Shown here one piece after another: positions 1 to 10,032 of a stretch of 64,000 bases of DNA; positions within the stretch are counted from its first letter, which is position 1, and each line of letters opens with the position of its first letter. Made by a program: the position numbers and the translations under genes. The stretch is from Promethearchaeia archaeon. GTDB lineage: Archaea; Asgardarchaeota; Lokiarchaeia; Sigyniarchaeales; SOKP01. The stretch spans positions 1-64,000 of the forward strand of contig JAHQWG010000016.1 in the NCBI GenBank assembly GCA_029856045.1. Direction: 5' to 3'. A model generated the notes under the pieces. That model did no database searches and was not told the DNA's origin. It was given only the letters and a program-made list of their open reading frames with translations.

Positions 1-1645
1 CAATAAATTTGCCCAAAATTATGGCTTTAGTGACTTTATTCTTAAATAAATATGTTTTATTGAAATATTTTTGATATATTTCTTTTTTATTTTGTTGTTC
101 CATCATTTCTGGAATATTAGAAATCTCAAATTTTTCTTTAAATTTAGTAGTTGCTACTTTTGTAAATAATTCTCTCGCTTGAGAAAATTTCGCTGCATAT
201 TTTCTCTGTTTAGATTTTTTCATTAAGAAAAAAGTAAGAAAAGCTTCTTTTAAGGGTTTTAAATTATCACCTAGAATTGCTGCAATTCTAAAATAAGTTG
301 GTGGATGAGAGTTAATAAAATTGCTGAGTAAAGATAATCTTGAGGGTTTTATCATTGAATTATTAATATATTCTGCAGTACTCATATAATCTAATAATGT
401 ATTATTTGGTTTTTGCTTCTCTTCCGCGAGTAATATAGTGTTAAGCCCCACTTCGCGTCCGTGTGCGTAGAAGCTTTCTAGATTATAGAGAGCTTTGGCA
501 AGATTAAGACCAAGGCCAATTTTTTTGGTTTTTAAGTCAGCTCGACCCTCTAAAATTCTTACAAATATAAATAATATTACATAAATGCCTAAATTTAAAA
601 TTATAAAAGCTACCAGGGGAATAGAGGGATTTCCAAAGACATAGTCATAATATGTGGCTGGAATATTTAGTATCATTCTGAAAATTAAATCGATAGAAGT
701 TAAAAGCGTTAAAATTAAAGTATGATATTCTTTTGTATGTGCAAGTTCATGTGCAATTATTCCATCTATTTCATCCTCTGCTATTTCAGAAATATCTTCA
801 GCAATGATTGCCACTCTTTTATCTAAAAAGGAACCATAAGCCATCGCATTGAGTATTGGATATTTACCAAATCCTACCTTAACTTTTCCACGTATCCCCA
901 CTTTTTCCTTTAACTTGTTGACTAAGTTGAGAAGTTTCTCATCTTGGACTTTTTTAATGCCCAACATTTTGTCTAAAATAGGACCAGAAATGAAATAGAT
1001 GACCCAATTTGTAATAAGTAAAACATAATAGATATAATCAATGAAATTTAAAGGAGTATATTGATTGATAAAGATAACGATTAACCAGGCGAGAACATAC
1101 AGGAGTAATGTGAGATATTCAGGACTCATAAATCTAAATACAATAATATATTTTCTTCCAAAGTATGCAAAACCTAAGCCTAAAATTATCCAAATAGAAA
1201 AAGAGAAAGCAGTATTAATAATAATATCATTATTTGTAATTCTTGAAATTATCCCTGAGAAAAAGATTATTGCATAAGTAATTAATGATATATCAAGTAA
1301 TTTGCTTAATACTTCATATTCTTTTACTTCGGATCTTCCTAATAACAGATAAATAAAGAAAGCGCCCATAAAAGAAGTCATTAAATCTTTAAACAGAAAA
1401 AATATCAAGAAGAATAAAAAAGCAATAAAAACTAGATCCGCTAATTCGCTTCTCTTTCCTTCTTTTACCCAATTCCATATTTCATTAACTAGAAAAAAAT
1501 ATAAAACAAGTGTAACCCAAAAAGAAATATCTGATATTATTGCCATCCAATCAGGAGTGAAAAAAACAAATCCAAATAGGTATACACATAAACTAGACAG
1601 CAATAAAGTAATAATTAAAACAAGAATCCGTTTATTTTTCTCCAT
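1..1645 (-). CDS. M48-family (HtpX/Ste24-like) membrane zinc metalloprotease, 3' end outside window
   Basis: Not in ORF track. Read manually from ATG at 1645 (MEKNKRILVLII...): many TM segments, then NAMAYG and IIAHELAH (HExxH), later HPPTYFR; frame runs off position 1. Confidence 0.85.
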   Translation of the reverse strand, partial: MEKNKRILVLIITLLLSSLCVYLFGFVFFTPDWMAIISDISFWVTLVLYFFLVNEIWNWVKEGKRSELADLVFIAFLFFLIFFLFKDLMTSFMGAFFIYLLLGRSEVKEYEVLSKLLDISLITYAIIFFSGIISRITNNDIIINTAFSFSIWIILGLGFAYFGRKYIIVFRFMSPEYLTLLLYVLAWLIVIFINQYTPLNFIDYIYYVLLITNWVIYFISGPILDKMLGIKKVQDEKLLNLVNKLKEKVGIRGKVKVGFGKYPILNAMAYGSFLDKRVAIIAEDISEIAEDEIDGIIAHELAHTKEYHTLILTLLTSIDLIFRMILNIPATYYDYVFGNPSIPLVAFIILNLGIYVILFIFVRILEGRADLKTKKIGLGLNLAKALYNLESFYAHGREVGLNTILLAEEKQKPNNTLLDYMSTAEYINNSMIKPSRLSLLSNFINSHPPTYFRIAAILGDNLKPLKEAFLTFFLMKKSKQRKYAAKFSQARELFTKVATTKFKEKFEISNIPEMMEQQNKKEIYQKYFNKTYLFKNKVTKAIILGKFI

Positions 1646-1717
1646 TATAAATTATTAATTAAGAAATAGACTAAAAAAGTTATTATTTTTTAAGTGAATA
1701 AAATTTTTTAGTTGTAC

Positions 1718-2797
1718 TTACCGTAATTTATCTTCTGGAATTAAATAATGAGAACAATCAATATGTCTAATCCAGTATAGATTCGCTGGTAGAATGTTAT
1801 AATTTTTGCCTTCAGGAATTTTTTCATCAAAAGCAAGCTTAACAAGCATATATGGCATATTAGCTTTTGGAACATTGTATTCTTTACCAGCATAAGAAAA
1901 ATAGAAGCTTGTGGTAAAAAATCGACCGGCATTTATTTCAGTTGGAACGATATTTCCTTCTTTATCTTCTTTTAAATCTACCGAAAATACACCAGTTGCA
2001 TTCGAATCAATACTCAATACTGCTTTTGTCGCCATTTCATTTACTTTATCATCATGGATAGTCTTTGCTACAACAGGAGTACCTGTTATTCCTGACGGCG
2101 CAAGATAAGGATATATATATTCTATTCTCTCTCTTGCTTGGGATGTTATAATCTCTCCATCATTGAACACACTTTGAAAGGCAATATTTTTTCCCGGAAG
2201 AAATTCTTGTGCAATAAAATCCCAATTTTTATCTCTCGAATACCAGTAGTGTATCCAACTTGAAGCAGTTTCTATATTATCAGCAGGAGTACTTCCAGTT
2301 CCTCCCGCCCCTTTCTTTGCTCTAATCCAGATTTTATCTCCCAAAACGGAGAAAGCGTTATTTAAATCCATTTCCAGATGATCTTTTCTAAGTTCAATAG
2401 CTTTTGCTGTTGGAAATCCTTTATTTTTCCAGATATCAGCACTTTTAAATTTATCTTGGCAAATACTTATTGTTTCTTTTTTAGGTAAAAATGTATTTGT
2501 ATCTAATTTTTCACGATTTTCTGATATCGCCGCAACTTCTACATCAGGTTGGGGAATTACTAACTGTATTTTATATTTTTCAATTATATTATTAATTTTA
2601 GGTATAAATTCAGGTGAATTACATCTTGGAACTAAAAACACTTCCCTTGTCCATGGTCGGGAAAATTCTAAATGATAAATATTAATATCTGTGCCAAATA
2701 AATTCATTTTTTCTGAAATAATATTCAGAGATTTAAGTGTATTGACTCCAGCGGGACCTCCAGAACCTGTGATTAGAATTCTTTTCAAATAAATCAA
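1718..2797 (-). CDS. ATP-grasp carboxylate-amine ligase (CarB/PylC-like)
   Basis: ILITGSGG N-terminus, CQDK, QEFLPG, EINAGRF ATP-grasp motifs. Confidence 0.75.
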   Translation of the reverse strand: MIYLKRILITGSGGPAGVNTLKSLNIISEKMNLFGTDINIYHLEFSRPWTREVFLVPRCNSPEFIPKINNIIEKYKIQLVIPQPDVEVAAISENREKLDTNTFLPKKETISICQDKFKSADIWKNKGFPTAKAIELRKDHLEMDLNNAFSVLGDKIWIRAKKGAGGTGSTPADNIETASSWIHYWYSRDKNWDFIAQEFLPGKNIAFQSVFNDGEIITSQARERIEYIYPYLAPSGITGTPVVAKTIHDDKVNEMATKAVLSIDSNATGVFSVDLKEDKEGNIVPTEINAGRFFTTSFYFSYAGKEYNVPKANMPYMLVKLAFDEKIPEGKNYNILPANLYWIRHIDCSHYLIPEDKLR

Positions 2798-2881
2798 CTT
2801 TAAAAAATTATGTTATATGAATTAGAATATTCTATTTAAGTAAATATTTTTGAAAATATAAGACTCTATTTTAATTGAAAT

Positions 2882-4045
2882 ATGAAAATTTGTTTTTTTG
2901 GTGCATTTGACAAAAATAGAAATGTGAATAGAGTTTTTTTAAATGGTTTGAAAAAAATCAAAGATATAGAGATTATTATAGTAAATCTTTCGACCCCAAA
3001 TTTAGTAAGAGATTTTTTATTTAATCATAAACATATGTTTACTTTATCATTTTTTAGGAATTTTATAAATCGTAATATTTATTTAATTAAAAAATATTTA
3101 AAATCAAATTATCATGATATAGATTGTATTTATATCGGTTATCCGGGTCATGAATCAATATATTTTGCATATTTTTTAAGAATTTTATCATTGAAATTAT
3201 TTAATAGAAAAATCCCTATTATTTTTAATCCATACACTTCATTAATTGATTCTGTTACAATGGATTATCGAAAATTGAAAAAGAAATCGCTTTTAGCAAA
3301 ATTCTATTACTCAATTGAATGGATTGCTTTTCATTTATCAGATTTTATTATTTCACAATCAAATATGGAAAAATATCGATTTTGTCAATTATTCCATATA
3401 AATCCAAAAAAAATTTTTAGGATATTTTTAGGAGTTAATGAAGTGTTGTTTTATCCTCAGAAATATAAAGGATTTAAAGACAAGTTTGTTATTGGATTTA
3501 ATGGTAATTACATTCCATTACATGGGATTGAATATATTATTAAATCAGCTAAAAGAATTGAACAATATTCTAAAGATATAATATTTGAAATTGTCGGTGG
3601 AACAAAATTAGAGATATTTGAAATGAAAAAAATTGTTAAAAAACTTGGAATTTCAAATATTAGTTTTTTTCCTCAAATTCCAATTGATCTAATACCACAA
3701 ACAATTGCAAGGTCTGATATTCAATTGGGAGTATTTGGTTCTACGTTGAAAGCGAGAAGAGTTATTCCAAATAAAGTTTATACTGCATTAGCAATGAGAA
3801 AACCAATAATTACCGCTAATACAAAAGCAATAAGTGAATTATTAACCCATCAAAAGAATTGTTACTTATGTAAGATAGCAGATCCAGATAGCTTAGCGAA
3901 TGCTATTATCACGTTGTATGAAAATGAAAATTTAAGAAATGAAATTGCATTGAATGGATATGAATTGTTTCAAAAAAAACTCAATTCTGTAATATTATCT
4001 AAAAAGCTAATTGATATAATTAAAAATTATAAAAATCTTAAATAA
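2882..4045 (+). CDS. GT4-family glycosyltransferase
   Basis: GT-B C-terminal motifs HGIEYII, IPNKVYTALAMRKPIIT. Confidence 0.85.
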   Translation: MKICFFGAFDKNRNVNRVFLNGLKKIKDIEIIIVNLSTPNLVRDFLFNHKHMFTLSFFRNFINRNIYLIKKYLKSNYHDIDCIYIGYPGHESIYFAYFLRILSLKLFNRKIPIIFNPYTSLIDSVTMDYRKLKKKSLLAKFYYSIEWIAFHLSDFIISQSNMEKYRFCQLFHINPKKIFRIFLGVNEVLFYPQKYKGFKDKFVIGFNGNYIPLHGIEYIIKSAKRIEQYSKDIIFEIVGGTKLEIFEMKKIVKKLGISNISFFPQIPIDLIPQTIARSDIQLGVFGSTLKARRVIPNKVYTALAMRKPIITANTKAISELLTHQKNCYLCKIADPDSLANAIITLYENENLRNEIALNGYELFQKKLNSVILSKKLIDIIKNYKNLK

Positions 4046-4066
4046 CTTGGTTTGAATTAAGCTGAC

Positions 4067-5422
4067 CTAAATACTTTCTTCATCTTCTCTTTTCTTCATT
4101 TTATCAATTTGCTTCCAAAAATAACGTAAGCAGCCTATATAATACCAAAGACCCAATCCAACAGCTGTGAGAAGTCCACTCCACAGCCAATTAAATGGAG
4201 TTTGTACAATAAACCAATCAATAAACCATACAAAAACAATTCCACTAGCTAATAATATCACCATTATTATTGAAATACCTCTAATTCTCGGAAATTTCCA
4301 ATAAATAATTAATGAAAACCCACCACATATCAAAATAAAAATTACCCCTGAAATAACTAAGAACGCAATATTATCATAGTATAGAGTCCATTGCATTGAT
4401 AGAGCAGCAATTATTGAAAATTGTCCGCAAATAAGAGATAAGGCAAAAAAATTATTAACCAATTCAGGTTCCGTTAACTCTCCTTTTGCGAGGATTAACC
4501 TTGGTAAACTCATTGCCGCATCATCCTCCCTTGAAGCTTTAATTTTACCATTTTCTAAAAAGATGATATCACTTTGCTTTATTTGAATCTGGCTACTTTC
4601 GAGTAATCGCCTAAGAGAAGATAATATATAAAAACTGTTAAAAACATGTCCTAATAAAACACAAAACGTTGGCACTTCGATTGAACCAAATATTGCAATA
4701 CAACCTATCATTGCCCCAATAGTAATAGTTCCTACATCACCTGGAAAAACTTTTGCTGGATATTTATTATATAAGAAAAAAGCTAATAATATTGCAATAA
4801 AGGGAACTGAATATATTACTGCTTGAGCAGAATTCCAAATTAAACCCGAAATAAACATAAAAATTACAGCTATTAGACATGTTCCTGAACCTTCTCCGTT
4901 ATAGCCTTCAAGCATATTGACTGTATTTGTTGTAACTGCAATAATTACAGGTAATACGAGTGGATAAATAAAATTAAGACGCAACATTCCTAAAATAGGG
5001 ATTGTGGGACTATCTACATCAATAAAGTTAATAAAATTCAGAATGAAAATAGGTCCACCAGTTATGATAGTTAAAATTATTTTTTTTACTGATGAAAGCT
5101 TTTTTCGGTCATCAATAAGTCCAATAACTCCCGCTATTATAATTGTTAATAGGATAACTAAGAGTTCATTGGTAAGTGAAGGAAATAGTATTAACATAAA
5201 AACCAATGCAAAACATAACCCTATAACTATGCCTATTCCTCCGGACTCTGCAACTTCAGGTTTTTCTACCTTATGAATATCAATTCCAATCCATCCTTTT
5301 GATCTTGTGAATTTAATTACGAATGGAATAACGAAATAAGTTATTAAGAAAATAATTATGAATAGAAAACCCAAATTAATTATTTCCACTACGCCGAATT
5401 GATATTCAGAAAAACTTTGCAC
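4067..5422 (-). CDS. aglH: UDP-GlcNAc:dolichyl-phosphate GlcNAc-1-phosphotransferase (AglH/DPAGT1, MraY superfamily)
   Basis: GIDIHK...ESGG, GLIDD, NTVNMLEGYNG, YPAKVFPGD motifs; polytopic membrane protein. Confidence 0.8.
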   Translation of the reverse strand: MQSFSEYQFGVVEIINLGFLFIIIFLITYFVIPFVIKFTRSKGWIGIDIHKVEKPEVAESGGIGIVIGLCFALVFMLILFPSLTNELLVILLTIIIAGVIGLIDDRKKLSSVKKIILTIITGGPIFILNFINFIDVDSPTIPILGMLRLNFIYPLVLPVIIAVTTNTVNMLEGYNGEGSGTCLIAVIFMFISGLIWNSAQAVIYSVPFIAILLAFFLYNKYPAKVFPGDVGTITIGAMIGCIAIFGSIEVPTFCVLLGHVFNSFYILSSLRRLLESSQIQIKQSDIIFLENGKIKASREDDAAMSLPRLILAKGELTEPELVNNFFALSLICGQFSIIAALSMQWTLYYDNIAFLVISGVIFILICGGFSLIIYWKFPRIRGISIIMVILLASGIVFVWFIDWFIVQTPFNWLWSGLLTAVGLGLWYYIGCLRYFWKQIDKMKKREDEESI

Positions 5423-5486
5423 TTATATAATTCACCTAAATTAATTGAGAATTTAAAGGTTTGGCATAAAAGCCTAATTCTAATAA

Positions 5487-5581
5487 TAGCTCCGGCAGGT
5501 TTCGAACCTGCGTTTCGGGGTTCAAGGCCCCGAATCCTTAGCCTTTAATTTCTTAAAATTTGGCCACTAGACGACGGAGCT
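5487..5581 (-). tRNA. tRNA-Gln(UUG) with 22-nt D-arm intron (5538-5559)
   Basis: Acceptor AGCTCCG/CGGAGCT+A with A1-U72, typical of archaeal tRNA-Gln. T-arm GCAGG-TTCGAAA-CCTGC; anticodon stem CGGGG/CCCCG, loop CCTTGAA. 95 nt minus 22-nt intron gives 73 nt; no encoded CCA. Confidence 0.9.
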
Positions 5582-5667
5582 TTATTTCTCTTTTACCTTT
5601 AATGAATTCTAATTTAATAATACAATAATTAAAATTATTTTAAAAGGATTAGTTTTTAATTGTTTCT

Positions 5668-6318
5668 TTAGATTTTAAATGGGATCAGATCTCTTTGTAA
5701 GAAATTAATTTTATCAAGAGTTTCCTTCCATTTATTTAAAAAAGTTATGTCTTCTTTTTCATTCCTATATTTATCTGGTAGCATTTGAGGTATTGTTTGA
5801 ACGATAGGATACCATCTATTACATTTAGAGCAAAATAAAATACCTTCTTCTATTTCAGTATCAATTTTAAATTTATTGATAAGATATAATTCTGGAAGGA
5901 TAGAATTAATAATTTCCTTTATTTTTTCTTTTTTATCTTCCTTTGAGATAAGTTTTATAGTTGATTCAATTTTTATCTTTACGCTTGTTTTAAGGAGATC
6001 AATACATTTATTAATTATTGGTTCTTTTGTAAGATTTATTATATTTTTGAGTTCTTGAATGCTTGAATTTATCGTATTTATGTATTCAGAAGATTTTTTA
6101 GATTTGAGCGCTATGCCATCCCGAATTTTTAAACTATTTTCAGTTTCAGTATATTTTATTAATTCTTCATTCTTAATGGATTTTTCATCTCGAACTTGAA
6201 AAATTTTTAAGAACTCTTCAACTTCATTTATATTGGTTTCCCATTTTAGTATTAAGAGTTCTAAAGGAAAATTTTTATCAATTGGGCAAGCTAATATGTC
6301 AAAAAGCCAAGGTTTCAT
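5668..6318 (-). CDS. trm112: Trm112-family methyltransferase activator with long central insertion
   Basis: MKPWLFDILACPID N-terminus and EEGILFCSKCNRWYPIVQTIPQMLPD C-terminus. Confidence 0.8.
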   Translation of the reverse strand: MKPWLFDILACPIDKNFPLELLILKWETNINEVEEFLKIFQVRDEKSIKNEELIKYTETENSLKIRDGIALKSKKSSEYINTINSSIQELKNIINLTKEPIINKCIDLLKTSVKIKIESTIKLISKEDKKEKIKEIINSILPELYLINKFKIDTEIEEGILFCSKCNRWYPIVQTIPQMLPDKYRNEKEDITFLNKWKETLDKINFLQRDLIPFKI

Positions 6319-6356
6319 TTAAATCATATAAATTTTATGCAATTTTGAATATATTT

Positions 6357-8216
6357 TTAATAGAGGTATGCTTTAAGCTCATTTATTTGCCGGTCTATCG
6401 CTTTCCGAACTTTTTCTCGACGTTTAAGAAAATCCCCTAATAATTTCTCATAAGCGCTTTTAGAGGGTAATTTTCCGCGTTTATATCTAGTTTCTAGCAA
6501 ATTTATATTATCTTTTAAGCTTAATCTTTCAGCTTCAAATAGTTCAAGTTTTTTGAATATGTTTTCAAAAATTTTCGTTGATTCTTCTAATATTTTCCTG
6601 AGAGGGGCAAGTTCGTTTTCTAGTGATTTTAATCTTAATTCATATTTTTTTAACTCACTAAGATATTTCTTTTTGGTAAGTTTCTTTCTTTTCACATCAT
6701 CATCTGCTAGCTGAAGATCTAGGTAAATTGCATTTTTCTCTTCATATAAGGAATAAAATTCACGTAATTCCTTTATTGGAATATCTTTTCTTCTGTAAGC
6801 ATCAATTGGTAATTCTTCTTTTCTAATTTTTGTTAGAATTACAAAAGATGTGAAAATAATCATAAATAGAACTGTAAAAATTAATGGTCTCATTAAAATT
6901 TCAATAAAGTCTAAAGTGTATATAATGTTAATGTGTTTTTCATCAAGGGGTGAAATTACGTCTTCAGTAAAAATTAATACCAGATCATCCCCAAGCGTTT
7001 CAATTGAATCAGGTTGTTTAGTTATGGACATAATATTTTCACAACCATCAATAATAATTTGAATTTCTTGATTATATGTAATATAATCAGATTTTGTGAG
7101 TAATAAATCGATTGAAATAGAATTATAGAGCCAATTAAAAACATGGTATTCATCATAGGGCAATTGATACCTTATAGAAACATCGAATTTAGAATCCACA
7201 TATAGATATACCCTATTTTGTGTCAATAAAATTTTTAAATCTTTAGTAACACCATCCAGATTAGGTTCTGCGTCTAGTGTGGTACCTGTTATTGGGCCTA
7301 AATAATCAAATACTTCAACTTCTGATACAATCGCTGGAATTTTGACAGAAAATTCTGATATTGGAATCGCCCCAGTATTGTGAATTGTGAGTGTCTCATC
7401 CACAATTATATAACCTAGTGAGTTAAATGTAATTTTTCTTAACATTTTATCAATTTGTAATTTAGTGTTATCAGAATAATCAAATGCACCTATTATCAAT
7501 TTATTATAGAAAGGCATCATTAATTCCTTAGAATATTGTAAATAACCACCCTCAAATATTCCCTCTTCACCCGAATCATTAATTGTAAATATTTCTTCTC
7601 CGAGTTTTGGATGATTAAAAAATATACCTACATAATCAACCTCATAAGGGACAATTGGATATAAATAAAAATTAAAAACAACTGTTTGCATTTGCTCTTC
7701 TCCTACACTCATTACAGAAAAATTACAAAGATCTTTATATGAATGAGTAAAAGTGATTAAGGTCTCTTGAGAAGGGAGTAATGGACTATTAAAAAAAATA
7801 TATATCATTTTAAATGTCTCAATCATTGTTTCTGAGAATTGAACATCTAGTGATTCTGAATATGTTCCTTTTGCGTCATAATAAATAAGATTTTCAAAAA
7901 AATATTTATCTATCCCCATTGTAATAAAAGAGATTGGGTTATTATGGATATTTTTTATAGTAAATGTGTCTTCTGCAGTTAATAATCCATTTCCACTAAA
8001 TTCCACATTCCTATAGAGTTCTGTAATTTGAACACCTTCGAATGTATCCAGAATTGAGGATTTTTTTAATGCAATATCAACTTGAAGATTTTCAGTCTTT
8101 TTATTTGGTAATACTGAAATTAATGAGCAAAAAATTAAGAGGGCAAACAAAAAAGTAAGTAATAAAAACCTTTTATTTTTTTTTAATCTATAAGCAATTA
8201 GATTATATCTTTTCAA
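6357..8216 (-). CDS. Ribophorin I / Ost1-like oligosaccharyltransferase accessory subunit
   Basis: Signal/TM, two similar beta-rich domains (RNVEFSGNGLLTAEDTFTIKN; RKITFNSLGYIIVDETLTIHNTG, like ribophorin I), one TM, helical cytoplasmic tail. Confidence 0.75.
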   Translation of the reverse strand: MKRYNLIAYRLKKNKRFLLLTFLFALLIFCSLISVLPNKKTENLQVDIALKKSSILDTFEGVQITELYRNVEFSGNGLLTAEDTFTIKNIHNNPISFITMGIDKYFFENLIYYDAKGTYSESLDVQFSETMIETFKMIYIFFNSPLLPSQETLITFTHSYKDLCNFSVMSVGEEQMQTVVFNFYLYPIVPYEVDYVGIFFNHPKLGEEIFTINDSGEEGIFEGGYLQYSKELMMPFYNKLIIGAFDYSDNTKLQIDKMLRKITFNSLGYIIVDETLTIHNTGAIPISEFSVKIPAIVSEVEVFDYLGPITGTTLDAEPNLDGVTKDLKILLTQNRVYLYVDSKFDVSIRYQLPYDEYHVFNWLYNSISIDLLLTKSDYITYNQEIQIIIDGCENIMSITKQPDSIETLGDDLVLIFTEDVISPLDEKHINIIYTLDFIEILMRPLIFTVLFMIIFTSFVILTKIRKEELPIDAYRRKDIPIKELREFYSLYEEKNAIYLDLQLADDDVKRKKLTKKKYLSELKKYELRLKSLENELAPLRKILEESTKIFENIFKKLELFEAERLSLKDNINLLETRYKRGKLPSKSAYEKLLGDFLKRREKVRKAIDRQINELKAYLY

Positions 8217-8385
8217 TTTCTGACGACTCTTGAAAACTTGAAGATTTTAATTTGAACTTGTGTTAATATTTTTTTTAAAATAATTATTAATTCATAAAAT
8301 TTTCTATACAAGTATTTTAGTAATTTTAAATAATTTAGATTTCTTATAAATTATATATCTATTAAACCACATTTTGAATAAAAAG

Positions 8386-8583
8386 ATGTCGCAAAAAAGT
8401 AGAAGAAAGAAAAGAAGGTCAAAAGGTTCGCCCATGCCTATGAGTGGTGCAGGTCTTATGAGATTTTTTGAAGACAGTTCCATAGGAATAAAAATTGGTC
8501 CAATAAGTGCGGTGGTTTTTTCTCTATTACTTATTGTAATAGTCATTCTTGCTCATGTGGGTATATTTGATTGGATTCTTTAA
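8386..8583 (+). CDS. sec61b: Preprotein translocase subunit Sec61-beta
   Basis: AGLMRFFED..GIKIGP plus C-terminal TM ending LAH; ATG at 8386 preferred over TTG at 8374. Confidence 0.92.
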   Translation: MSQKSRRKKRRSKGSPMPMSGAGLMRFFEDSSIGIKIGPISAVVFSLLLIVIVILAHVGIFDWIL

Positions 8584-8657
8584 GAATGACAATTTTTTAT
8601 TAAATTTTTTTAGCCTAATTGGTTTTTAATTTAATATTTTTTAAGTGAGTTGTATAA

Positions 8658-8963
8658 ATGAGAATCTCAGAATTTCAAAAGCTAATAAAAGATATATATT
8701 ATCATCGGGATAAAGAGAGGGGAGTGTATAAAAATTTTATATGGTTAGTAGAGGAAATAGGAGAATTAGCTAGGAATTTAAAAATGAAGGAATTAGAAAT
8801 TCCCCACATTTCTGAAGAATTAGCAGATATAATTGCTTGGACAGTATCCATTGCGAACATTCTTAATATTAACTTAGAAAAATCTTTAAAAAATAAATAT
8901 CCGGATAAATGTTATGTGTGCAATTCAAAGCCGTGTCAATGTAATAAGGAATTTAAAGGTTAA
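8658..8963 (+). CDS. MazG-family nucleotide pyrophosphohydrolase
   Basis: LVEEIGEL and EELADII motifs; C-terminal Cys cluster. Confidence 0.88.
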   Translation: MRISEFQKLIKDIYYHRDKERGVYKNFIWLVEEIGELARNLKMKELEIPHISEELADIIAWTVSIANILNINLEKSLKNKYPDKCYVCNSKPCQCNKEFKG

Positions 8964-9007
8964 TTTATTAACTAATATGAATTCTTCATTGCATAAAGGG
9001 AAAAAGA

Positions 9008-10009
9008 ATGAATATTGAAGGAAAAAATGTTTTGATTACAGGGGGAGCAGGTTTTATTGGTTCTCATTTAGTAGATCGATTTTTAGAAAAAGAAGCTAGT
9101 AAAATAGTTGTATATGATAATTTTTCAACTGGTAATCAAGACTTTCTTAAAAATAAACCTATAGAAATAATAAAAGGGGATATTTTAGATTATAAAAAGT
9201 TGGAAGAGAGCATGAAAGATGTGGATTTAGTCTCACATCATGCTGCTGAACTTGAAGTTTTTACTGGAATCGAAAATACAATCCATGACTTACGAACTAA
9301 TATTGAGGGAACTATAAATGTATTAAACGCGGCATTAAAAAATAATGTAGAAAAATTAGTTTATGCCTCTTCTGGAGGTGTTTATGGGCAAGCTCAATTA
9401 ACTCCAGAGCCAGAAAATCATCCGTTAATGCCTCATTGGCCCTATGGAGTGAGTAAACTAGCGGGAGAAAAATATTGCCTTCAATATTATTTATTATATG
9501 GTTTTCCAACTATTTCACTTCGGTATGGAATTGTATATGGACCGAGAGAATGGTATGGAAGAGTATTAACATTATTTATTAAAAGAGTTTTAGAGGGTAA
9601 GGCACCGATAATATTTGGAGATGGAAAACAAGTTCGAGATTATGTATACATTAATGATGCGGTTGATGCTAATATTCTTGCGTTAAAAAATGAGAAAACG
9701 AATGGGAAAGTATATAATGTTGGAGGAAAAGAATTTTACTCAATTAATGAAGTTGCAGAAATTGTTATTAAACTCATAAATCCTAATTTAAAACCAATAT
9801 ATGACGATCCTAAACCAGGTGAATCTAGCAAATATCAACCTAATCGAAAAAGATTACCTGGAGAATTAAAAGATTTTATTTTAGATAGTACATTAATTTC
9901 TAAGGAATTAAATTATGAACCTAAAATGAAGTTTGAAGAAGGCGTTAAAAAAGAAGTAGAATGGATTAGGAAAAATTTGAAACTGTGGAATTGTCAACCT
10001 AGGGTTTAA
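9008..10009 (+). CDS. NAD-dependent nucleotide-sugar epimerase/dehydratase (extended SDR)
   Basis: TGGAGFIG, YGVSK (YxxxK), QVRDYVY. Confidence 0.93.
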   Translation: MNIEGKNVLITGGAGFIGSHLVDRFLEKEASKIVVYDNFSTGNQDFLKNKPIEIIKGDILDYKKLEESMKDVDLVSHHAAELEVFTGIENTIHDLRTNIEGTINVLNAALKNNVEKLVYASSGGVYGQAQLTPEPENHPLMPHWPYGVSKLAGEKYCLQYYLLYGFPTISLRYGIVYGPREWYGRVLTLFIKRVLEGKAPIIFGDGKQVRDYVYINDAVDANILALKNEKTNGKVYNVGGKEFYSINEVAEIVIKLINPNLKPIYDDPKPGESSKYQPNRKRLPGELKDFILDSTLISKELNYEPKMKFEEGVKKEVEWIRKNLKLWNCQPRV

Positions 10010-10032
10010 TTTTTAAGGGAGGGATTAAAATA

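Noticed and set aside
8304-8546. 80-aa minus-strand ORF
   Set aside because: Antisense to the clearly recognisable Sec61-beta gene.
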